DNA of 64,000 nucleotides from a virus, in the IMG/VR virus record IMGVR_UViG_3300045988_159027. One strand, 5' to 3'. Numbering within the stretch: position 1 is the first letter of the stretch; each line of letters starts with the position of its first letter. Under the pieces are notes generated by a model that searched no databases, was not told the DNA's origin, and worked only from the letters and a program-made list of their open reading frames with translations. The position numbers and the translations under genes were made by a program. Of this stretch, positions 26,477-33,534 are shown piece by piece.

Positions 26477-26974
26477 ATGACAAACGCACAGATTCTGACC
26501 GCTGTCATCCTGAAATGGGGTGAGCCGGTCATTCCGGTTATGATGGGCAATACGCTCAACGGTATTTCTGCCGGTATGCTTCCGGTGGAGAAGTTATTCA
26601 AGTCAATCGGACTGGCAGGTCCCGGATGGCAGATTTCCAATGAAATCAATTCGCTGGCATCTTTAGGAGGGACAAAAATGATCCGTCCGTTCCTCGAACG
26701 ATTTGTATCCCGCATTCCGGACGACATGATCCCGGAACTGGCTCACGGATATGTTGACTCTGCCATCCAGCAGGGAAAGCTTTCCATAATCGACGGATTT
26801 TTCACCTTCGACCGCAATGACCTGGTGGAACTGAAGAAATACCTGGACTGCAACCTTCCGTATCAGAAACCCGAGGAATATGTGGTGAAGGTTCCGCAGC
26901 AGCCCGCACAGCCGTCGCACCCACAACCGCAGCCTGCACCAAAGAATGAAACACGAGAAAAAGAAGAGAAATAA
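26477..26974 (+). CDS. hypothetical late protein with a P/Q-rich tail
   Basis: 165-aa ORF behind a CA-rich leader. Confidence 0.65.
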   Translation: MTNAQILTAVILKWGEPVIPVMMGNTLNGISAGMLPVEKLFKSIGLAGPGWQISNEINSLASLGGTKMIRPFLERFVSRIPDDMIPELAHGYVDSAIQQGKLSIIDGFFTFDRNDLVELKKYLDCNLPYQKPEEYVVKVPQQPAQPSHPQPQPAPKNETREKEEK

Positions 26975-27035
26975 GTGCCGAATACAGGCGGCCTGGTGTC
27001 CTGTAAAAGATATATAACACAAACACAACACAACT

Positions 27036-27452
27036 ATGATTCAGTCAATTACTTTGTCTGGAGTTCCGACAGCTACCGCTCAGCCACTGACGGTAAACAT
27101 CACTAAGAAACTGCGTCAGGCTTATTGCGTGAACAACGGCGTTCAACCTACTGCTACCGTCGTATTCAGTGTAGCAAGCGTCACAAACAACAACACGCAG
27201 AACATTGCGCTTATCAACGCAGCTGTAACTCTGACCTACACTCCGAAAAACGGATGTGCAGCAAAGACTATTCAGTGGACCGAACAGTTTACAGTAACCT
27301 TCATCGGTGCGGCAAATACAGCCCCTACCAGTGTGGTAGCTACAACTTTAGTTCCGCAGGTATTCTCTTACAATGAGAACGGTTGCGGTTGCTCTGCTTG
27401 CGGCGCACTGATTGCAGTCCCGGTCACGATTACTGCTACCTTTCCCGCTTAA
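27036..27452 (+). CDS. small beta-rich late protein
   Basis: 138-aa T/V/A-rich ORF behind a CA-rich leader. Confidence 0.65.
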   Translation: MIQSITLSGVPTATAQPLTVNITKKLRQAYCVNNGVQPTATVVFSVASVTNNNTQNIALINAAVTLTYTPKNGCAAKTIQWTEQFTVTFIGAANTAPTSVVATTLVPQVFSYNENGCGCSACGALIAVPVTITATFPA

Positions 27453-27601
27453 CGAAGTTCAGGCAGCCGCGTTTAGCGCTTTCAGTCTGGCATCTGCCGA
27501 TGAACCCGTAAAAAAGCGAAGGAAAAGGAAAAATGTTTGAGTGGCTTCCCGTCCGCGAGGGCGGGAAGTTTTTGAAGAAACTAATTTAAAAATATCGAGA
27601 T

Positions 27602-28150
27602 ATGGATAGAGAACAAATGATCTCCCGTTACGAGGAGCTGTATGATAAGATGAAGGACAGCAAGGACGTGAAGAATATGAAAATATTCGGCGAAGCTGCT
27701 ACCTATTATTTCAAGGAAATCGCAAAGATGCATCCGGAAATGGCTATGAGCTGGCTGAGCCACCTCGAAGCAATGTGCTGGGATAATTTTTTGTCGGAAA
27801 CAGAGGCCGTGAATATCGGTAAGACCATGGTCAACGAAGATGGGTTGAAAGGATTCCACTGGGGGCATGACACTTTCGTGTCTGCCGTGAAACAACTCGG
27901 AGGAGTTCCCGAAGAAAAACCTTCGTACAACTCGTATGCACTTTGTGTCACAGCCAACATGATTTACAGCGACATGGCATACAGCATCGCTGAAGACATG
28001 GGATACAAGACACCTGCCGAAGTGCCGAACGAAAAGATGGCCCTTTCATGCTACAAGAAAGCTGTGTCCTACCTGAAAGACAAGGACAAGAACTTTCAGG
28101 TGCGCCGTTACTTCAAGAAGCGCATGTACGGAGAGCAGGCAGCCATGTAA
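27602..28150 (+). CDS. hypothetical protein
   Basis: 182-aa ORF. Confidence 0.65.
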   Translation: MDREQMISRYEELYDKMKDSKDVKNMKIFGEAATYYFKEIAKMHPEMAMSWLSHLEAMCWDNFLSETEAVNIGKTMVNEDGLKGFHWGHDTFVSAVKQLGGVPEEKPSYNSYALCVTANMIYSDMAYSIAEDMGYKTPAEVPNEKMALSCYKKAVSYLKDKDKNFQVRRYFKKRMYGEQAAM

Positions 28151-28307
28151 CAGCCGCATAGAAGAAAAGCTGGACCTCCTTATACGTATGGTAGCTCAAC
28201 TTGACGGGATAAGAGGATTTGGCTCTAATGTGCTGGCAAATGTGGTGGGCGATATAATTATGAGAAAAAGATGATGTAGTTTGTCTTTCCACCCTATATG
28301 AATGAAA

Positions 28308-28351
28308 ATGCAGCCGGGTTTTGTCGTTTCTTCCCCGGCTGCATTGTTTTT
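28308..28351. terminator. bidirectional terminator
   Basis: ATGCAGCCGGG / CCCGGCTGCAT forms an 11-bp perfect stem followed by a T-run. It lies between convergent genes. Confidence 0.75.
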
Positions 28352-28370
28352 TAATTATCAGTAAATTATA

Positions 28371-29156
28371 TCATTGTCTGACAAAATTTACATTTCCAAA
28401 GTTAGTGTATCCTCCGTCAAAATAAATAAGCCATTCCCCAGAAGGGCTTATTTCGTGTCTCATATTGACCATGTTTTCGGGAGGGCAAAGTGCGCTGTGA
28501 GGAGGTATTTCACCATTGTCGTAAAACCAGTAGAAATATATTTCATCTCTTGAAATGTTTGTATAATAATAACCTTGTGCTGAATATGTGTTTCTAACTG
28601 TTCCTGAATCCTTATAACTCCATTCCACACTCCATTCTGCTGTCCCTATTTCGTTGTCAAATGTAAGGGTATGAACAGCTCTGTATTTCTGTCCACCATA
28701 TTGATAATCTATGCCGGCTTTAAACGTATGACCTATCATTTCTTCCTGTAGAAGATTGCTTACTTCTTTGTTTTCCATAACTTTATTTTCACCTTCCTGG
28801 TTGGTAAAATAAAGCTTGTTTCCTGAGAAATTTATGTTATATATAAATGAAGGTGCGTCATCTGGCATTGAGCCGGTTTCATCATCGCATACTATTATTA
28901 CATTCCCATCTTCATCTATTTTCCATTTTGCAACAGACATCATTTCAGGCCTATCATATTTCCTGTAACTGTTTCTTTCCATCCATTCAAAATAGCCGTC
29001 TGTGCGAAATCTGATTGCTTCATCATCATCGGATATAAAATATCCATTCGTTAGTTTCTCAGATAGCGTGTTCTGTGTCGTTTCTTCTGTGCCTTCGTCC
29101 TTTGAGCAACTGAAAAATAGAACGCAAGCAATAAGCATTGTTAAAATTTTTTTCAT
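28371..29156 (-). CDS. surface lipoprotein (moron candidate)
   Basis: MKKILTMLIACVLFFSC-SKDEG has a lipobox followed by K-D-E, like the Bacteroidetes lipoprotein export signal. Confidence 0.75.
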   Translation of the reverse strand: MKKILTMLIACVLFFSCSKDEGTEETTQNTLSEKLTNGYFISDDDEAIRFRTDGYFEWMERNSYRKYDRPEMMSVAKWKIDEDGNVIIVCDDETGSMPDDAPSFIYNINFSGNKLYFTNQEGENKVMENKEVSNLLQEEMIGHTFKAGIDYQYGGQKYRAVHTLTFDNEIGTAEWSVEWSYKDSGTVRNTYSAQGYYYTNISRDEIYFYWFYDNGEIPPHSALCPPENMVNMRHEISPSGEWLIYFDGGYTNFGNVNFVRQ

Positions 29157-29180
29157 ACACTAATTAATTTTTATTTCAAG

Positions 29181-29188
29181 CAAATGTA
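29181..29188 (-). promoter_or_regulatory. -7 box TACATTTG for the lipoprotein gene
   Basis: Exact TAnnTTTG on the minus strand, about 25 nt upstream of the ATG at 29156. Confidence 0.5.
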
Positions 29189-29269
29189 ACTATAAGCATA
29201 AAATAAAAATATGATTATGAGATGAAAATTTTAAAAGTGCTGATTTTCGGAGGAAAAATGAAAAAACAA

Positions 29270-29303
29270 AACAATTTTAAACGTGAGTCGCATTAAAATT
29301 GTT
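29270..29303. promoter_or_regulatory. dispersed 34-bp palindrome, site 2
   Basis: AACAATTTTAA-acgtgagtcgca-TTAAAATTGTT has perfect 11-bp arms. Lies 20 nt past the repressor stop. Confidence 0.6.
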
Positions 29304-29322
29304 AGCGTATGGGCAAAAAAAA

Positions 29323-29601
29323 TTAGCTCTTCTTTCTCAGATTGACTTCCACATCGAGCAAGCCACCGCAATAAGGGCAGACGCTTGCACCTGATTCTTT
29401 ACGCACTTCTTCCGGGCTGGCAAAGAGTTGCCACATGGGAACCTCAAGGGCTTCTGCTATTTTTTCAAGCGTTTCCATTTTAGGAGACATCTTTCCATTT
29501 ACGATGTTGTATAATGCAGGAAGGCTTATTCCTACTTTATCTATTATGGATTTTACTTTTATTCCTTTCAAATCACATATTTCTTTTATTCTGTAATTCA
29601 T
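29323..29601 (-). CDS. XRE-family HTH repressor with a C-terminal CxxC
   Basis: IKEICDLKGIKVKSIIDKVGISLPALYNIVNGKMSPKMETLEKIAEALEV, plus CPYCGG. Divergent from the rightward genes. Confidence 0.8.
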   Translation of the reverse strand: MNYRIKEICDLKGIKVKSIIDKVGISLPALYNIVNGKMSPKMETLEKIAEALEVPMWQLFASPEEVRKESGASVCPYCGGLLDVEVNLRKKS

Positions 29602-29631
29602 ATATAACGTATAGGTTTATTTAATTTGAAG

Positions 29632-29744
29632 CAAAATTAGGCATTGATTTTAATATATAAACTAATACTTCACTTAAATGATGTTAATATATATCACTTA
29701 TTTATTGTTTAAGTTGTAATATATATACTATTACTATATATTTG
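29632..29744. promoter_or_regulatory. divergent switch region
   Basis: Minus-strand -7 box TAATTTTG (29639..29632) and plus-strand -7 box TATATTTG (29737-29744). Three TAATATATA repeats lie between them at 29651, 29685 and 29717. Confidence 0.55.
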
Positions 29745-29771
29745 CATCAAACAGATAAACAAATAGTATAT

Positions 29772-30035
29772 ATGACACAGAAATTCAACAAATCCGAAAT
29801 CATGAAAGCTGCTCACAGAATTCGCAACCATTCATGGAACTGCACCATGAGCCAGGCATTAAAAGAAGCATGGCGCAGAGCAAAGAAAGAAGCCGCACAG
29901 CGTGAGGAATCAGAAAAGCGAATGGCTTCCATGAAAAGCAGCAAGGCCGACCAGCGCAATGCACGCATGTATCAGCACGTGGTTTTCGGTAAGAATGACT
30001 GGGTCATGGATTACGGACGCAAATACAGATATTAA
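29772..30035 (+). CDS. small basic protein (Cro-position gene)
   Basis: First ATG of the track ORF 29742-30035, 28 nt after the -7 box. Confidence 0.6.
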   Translation: MTQKFNKSEIMKAAHRIRNHSWNCTMSQALKEAWRRAKKEAAQREESEKRMASMKSSKADQRNARMYQHVVFGKNDWVMDYGRKYRY

Positions 30036-30062
30036 TAACCTTATAAATATAGAATATGAATT

Positions 30063-30287
30063 ATGAAGAAAAAACCAGCATCGGAACTTCGGATAATGGC
30101 TTCGGAGTTTATTCACCGCAAACTGAGCGGTGCGCCATTCGTATCAGTGAATTATTCGGAAGATGGAGCGACAGCATTTTGCGTGTGGCCGGATGGTGTA
30201 AGAGAGTATTTGTACGTGGACTACGCCGACCTAATGCCACAAAGCCAGCACGAGCGTGCGATGGAGTACATACGCGGAGTAAGGTAA
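30063..30287 (+). CDS. hypothetical protein
   Basis: 74-aa ORF. Preferred over the overlapping frame 30056-30520 for this stretch. Confidence 0.5.
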   Translation: MKKKPASELRIMASEFIHRKLSGAPFVSVNYSEDGATAFCVWPDGVREYLYVDYADLMPQSQHERAMEYIRGVR

Positions 30288-30331
30288 AAGGAAAGAAACT
30301 CTGGTACATTCATGTGATAACCTTTGCAAGC

Positions 30332-30520
30332 ATGGCGGTTTTTATTCCTTGCGTTGTGTTTTCGGGATTTATTCCTGCTGTGGCAAAAGTAATTCTCATA
30401 GTTCCTTTGGGACTATTCACTGCATGGTGCATGCTTGTATCGTTTGTCCGCATTATGCAGGGTGTCACAGGGTGTAAAGATTTGGATAAAATGGAAAATG
30501 AATTTAAAGGCGAGGATTAG
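30332..30520 (+). CDS. small membrane protein
   Basis: Internal ATG of the track ORF 30056-30520: MAVFIPCVVFSGFIPAVAKVILIVPLGLFTAWCMLVSF... A GTG at 30314 is an alternative start. Confidence 0.45.
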   Translation: MAVFIPCVVFSGFIPAVAKVILIVPLGLFTAWCMLVSFVRIMQGVTGCKDLDKMENEFKGED

Positions 30521-30525
30521 TAATT

Positions 30526-31563
30526 ATGGAAGAAGTGTTGAATAGTGAACTGGTGTTTGTTGGAGAAAACGAGCAGGTTCTTACAAACAGCAAAATTGTA
30601 TCAGAAGTGTTTGGAAAACGCAATAGTGACGTATTGCGTGACATAAGAAATTTGGATTGCAGCAAGGAGTTTCATGAGCGAAATTTTGCGCTATGCCTGG
30701 AAACCAAACAGTTAGGAGTTGGTAGTACACAGACAAAGTATTACACCATGACCAAGGACGGATTCACTTTCCTTGTCATGGGATATACGGGAGCCAAGGC
30801 AGCCCGGTTTAAGGAAGCCTACATTTCGGCCTTCAACCGAATGGAGAAAAAGCTCCGTGAGCAGGTCACGAAACCGCAGCAGGACGATATAGACGTGAGC
30901 AAGTACGGAAGGAAAGAACTTGCCCTGCTTCTGATAGAAAGCGACGAGGAACTGGGAGATGCGCTTGAACAGCTTGAACGAAAGAAAGAAGAGGTAGCCG
31001 TGCTAAAGTACCGTCTGGAGCAGATGGAAAAATGCCGTGAAGAAAGCCTTCATGTATCAATTCCCTCAGCTTTTCCGAAGGGAAAAGAGCAAAGCAGCCT
31101 TTTGAAGCGGGTTGAGCGTCTGGAAAAGATTGTGTCCGCATTTGCAGGCGATGTGGAAGGATTGAAGGAGTGGAAGAAGGAGGATGTATCGGACATGTAC
31201 TACAAGCCTGAATTTTACAAAAAGTATCCCGAGTGTATATACATAAGCAGCCCCGTGCTTACGCCTTCGGTCATGTACCGTGCCATGGATATGGAGGACC
31301 TGCGGATACGTCTGTGGAAAGAGCTTAGCATAGAAATATCCCCTTTTTCGCTATTGCAGTTCCTTTATGAGCACAAGTTCCTTCAGGCAAAAGAGCAAGA
31401 GCGAATGAAGCCCACGGAGTTTTCACGTATGCACGGATACGCATACGCCATGGAACCTGACAAGGACGAGGAAAGCGGTATCCTTACTTACCGTCCGCTT
31501 TTCACCGAGGCGGGATTTCTCCGGATAATGGAAACCATAAAGATGGAAGGAGTGCAGCCATGA
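30526..31563 (+). CDS. Rha-family phage regulatory protein
   Basis: The N-terminal ...TNSKIVSEVFGKRNSDVLRDIRNL...YYTMTKDGFTFLVMGYTGAKAARFKEAYISAFNRME matches the Phage_pRha pattern. Confidence 0.8.
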   Translation: MEEVLNSELVFVGENEQVLTNSKIVSEVFGKRNSDVLRDIRNLDCSKEFHERNFALCLETKQLGVGSTQTKYYTMTKDGFTFLVMGYTGAKAARFKEAYISAFNRMEKKLREQVTKPQQDDIDVSKYGRKELALLLIESDEELGDALEQLERKKEEVAVLKYRLEQMEKCREESLHVSIPSAFPKGKEQSSLLKRVERLEKIVSAFAGDVEGLKEWKKEDVSDMYYKPEFYKKYPECIYISSPVLTPSVMYRAMDMEDLRIRLWKELSIEISPFSLLQFLYEHKFLQAKEQERMKPTEFSRMHGYAYAMEPDKDEESGILTYRPLFTEAGFLRIMETIKMEGVQP

Positions 31564-32006
31564 AAAGAGAAGAGAGGTTACGAATAGCCAGGATGGTGGC
31601 CGCATTGCCTGAAGTTCCGCTTCTTCCGTCAGCGGTGCAACCCGTAGCGGAATGCGCAAAGCTGCCATGCAGGGATAATCCGATTCCGTTTCTTACGGCA
31701 AGGGAAATAAGGATTCACCACCGCGATGCGATGCTTGTGCGGCAGATGGCAAGACTTATAAGCCGCGAGCACGGCATACTGGTACGCTCGGCACAGGTTT
31801 TTGATTTTCTTCGCCGTGAAGGGTGGCTGCTTTCGTCGCCGGAATGCTACAACGCCCCTTCCGAGGAAAGCACACGGCGCGGGTTGATGCTTGCCGCACA
31901 TTCGGGAGCAACGGGAGCGGGGCTAAAATACTACACACCTTACATTACACGTGAAGGATACGAGTTCTTTTCACGCATCATCATTCAGAAAGGAGGACAT
32001 TTATGA
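31560..32006 (+). CDS. KilA-C/antirepressor-like DNA-binding protein
   Basis: ...VRSAQVFDFLRREGWLL...YYTPYITREGYEFFSRII resembles KilAC domains (recalled). Confidence 0.4.
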   Translation: MKREERLRIARMVAALPEVPLLPSAVQPVAECAKLPCRDNPIPFLTAREIRIHHRDAMLVRQMARLISREHGILVRSAQVFDFLRREGWLLSSPECYNAPSEESTRRGLMLAAHSGATGAGLKYYTPYITREGYEFFSRIIIQKGGHL

Positions 32007-32317
32007 ACAAGCGCGAAGCAAGAAAAGCAATAGACGGCTATTTTGGAGAAGTAAGACACAGCATTATGTTTACCAGCACCCGGAAAGGCGTGCTGGCCTA
32101 TGTGGAATATGAGGACTTCATGCCCGAACACACCGTGCGACGTGAACTGGAAAGTCTGCTCGGCAGCGGTTATCTGGTCAGTGTGAAACGCGAGTGCTCG
32201 CGCTCACTTTTCAAGGAGATTGTGGACTTTCTTTCGTCCGACACGAGCGGCCAGAAAACCCTTCTTATGATGATGGGAAACTACGTTTCTGCGCACCCCC
32301 TCCACAATAGCCTGTAG
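32003..32317 (+). CDS. hypothetical protein
   Basis: 104-aa ORF that overlaps the previous stop. Confidence 0.6.
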   Translation: MNKREARKAIDGYFGEVRHSIMFTSTRKGVLAYVEYEDFMPEHTVRRELESLLGSGYLVSVKRECSRSLFKEIVDFLSSDTSGQKTLLMMMGNYVSAHPLHNSL

Positions 32318-32334
32318 GGCCACTCAAAACAAAT

Positions 32335-32409
32335 GCAGCAAACCACTTGAGAGGTTTGCTGCATATCGCTCGAGAGGTTTGCCGCAAACCACTTTAGAGG
32401 TTGCTGGCG
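32335..32409. repeat. cluster of GCAAACC / GGTTTGC palindromes
   Basis: GCAGCAAACC-acttgaga-GGTTTGCTGC lies at 32335-32362 and GGTTTGCcGCAAACC at 32376-32390. GAGAGGTTTGC-type repeats occur at 32349, 32372 and 32395, i.e. a 23-bp period. Confidence 0.6.
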
Positions 32410-32476
32410 AATAGTTTTTAAATCTTTGTTTCAACAGTAAAAAGACAGATAAAATTAACCTTTAAAAAAGAAAGAA

Positions 32477-32839
32477 ATGACAAATCTGACGATTGTTCTG
32501 GCAGGAATTTTTATTGTATCCTGCTGCGTGATTTTGGAAAGAGCAAGAATGTACAGCGTCCGTCGTGCGATGAACCTTCCAAAGCAGGCCGACTGCGGAG
32601 AAAAGGAAGCCGAGGAATGTGCGAAAAATATTTCTAATTTTCTTGCAGAGAGAGCCAAAGTGTGCGGAATGTACATTCACAACATGGAAGGCCAGGCCGC
32701 TGTGACTTACGACGAGCTTCACCGCATCATGCTCGGAAAGGATGAAAGCATTCTTGCACTGATAAGGATTTCACAGGCTCTTGGTTGTGAGATATTAGTC
32801 AGGGAAAGTCCTGCTGACAAAGCCGGTGATAAAAATTGA
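32477..32839 (+). CDS. XRE-like HTH protein with a possible N-terminal membrane anchor
   Basis: Hydrophobic LTIVLAGIFIVSCCVIL, then ...AAVTYDELHRIMLGKDESILALIRISQALGCEILV. Start uncertain. Confidence 0.5.
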   Translation: MTNLTIVLAGIFIVSCCVILERARMYSVRRAMNLPKQADCGEKEAEECAKNISNFLAERAKVCGMYIHNMEGQAAVTYDELHRIMLGKDESILALIRISQALGCEILVRESPADKAGDKN

Positions 32840-32909
32840 AAGTCCCGTTTGTTGAACAGGGTAAACCATCCGGAAGAAATTAATGATATTTCCGGATGGT
32901 TTTTTATAT

Positions 32910-33416
32910 TCAGTTTTTGCTTTTCCCTTCAAGAGCTTCTACCACATCTATCTGTACGATGTCATGGTAGTATGCCTGCACCATTTCGCTAAGTCTTGTT
33001 ATCTGGTGTCTGATTTCCATTGTAAGGAACGGACGCTGCTGCCTGTCACCTTGTCCCTTCCATTCCTCATACAATTTGTTCCATTTGGCATCCTCTCCTT
33101 CAAATCTCCATTTTCTTCCACGTCCCACACCCATGTCCACAAAGAAAAGATAATATCGGAAAAAGAAGGAAATTTTTTCCGTATCGCCCTCTGCCATATT
33201 GTAGACCTTCGCATAGAAATTACGGTAGCTGAAAGATTCTCCAGTGCTTCGCTTGGCTGCGGGTGTGTTGCGGTATCCGATGTAGGGACCGGGATACCCT
33301 CTTGGCCATACTTTCTGTGTTCCGTAGTTTCTGTGTATGCTCTGTATTGTGGTCAGCGCCCATTTCTTCAAGTCAAGGAATTTTTGTTTCCTTGCTTCGT
33401 CCAATGATTTCTGCAT
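32910..33416 (-). CDS. hypothetical protein, lone minus-strand gene
   Basis: Start moved to the ATG at 33416 (MQKSLDEARK...). Has its own canonical -7 box. Confidence 0.6.
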   Translation of the reverse strand: MQKSLDEARKQKFLDLKKWALTTIQSIHRNYGTQKVWPRGYPGPYIGYRNTPAAKRSTGESFSYRNFYAKVYNMAEGDTEKISFFFRYYLFFVDMGVGRGRKWRFEGEDAKWNKLYEEWKGQGDRQQRPFLTMEIRHQITRLSEMVQAYYHDIVQIDVVEALEGKSKN

Positions 33417-33431
33417 GGTATTTTGTTTTTG

Positions 33432-33439
33432 CAAATATA
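33432..33439 (-). promoter_or_regulatory. -7 box TATATTTG
   Basis: Exact TAnnTTTG on the minus strand, 15 nt upstream of the ATG at 33416. Confidence 0.45.
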
Positions 33440-33473
33440 GTGATTTTCTGAAAACCAGTGCGTTGAGCCTATA

Positions 33474-33515
33474 TTTTTTTGTCCTTCATTTTGCTTTTTA
33501 CGATAGGTAACTTTG
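33474..33515 (+). promoter_or_regulatory. phage late-promoter motif, copy 5
   Basis: T7-GTCCTTCATT (33481-33490), N17, then TAACTTTG (33508-33515). Confidence 0.6.
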
Positions 33516-33534
33516 GGTAAAAATCAAACTAGGC

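Noticed and set aside
30056-30520. Single 154-aa ORF spanning 30056-30520.
   Set aside because: Its first half overlaps the better-looking frame 30063-30287. Only its hydrophobic C-terminal part (from the ATG at 30332) looks coding, so it was split into two genes.
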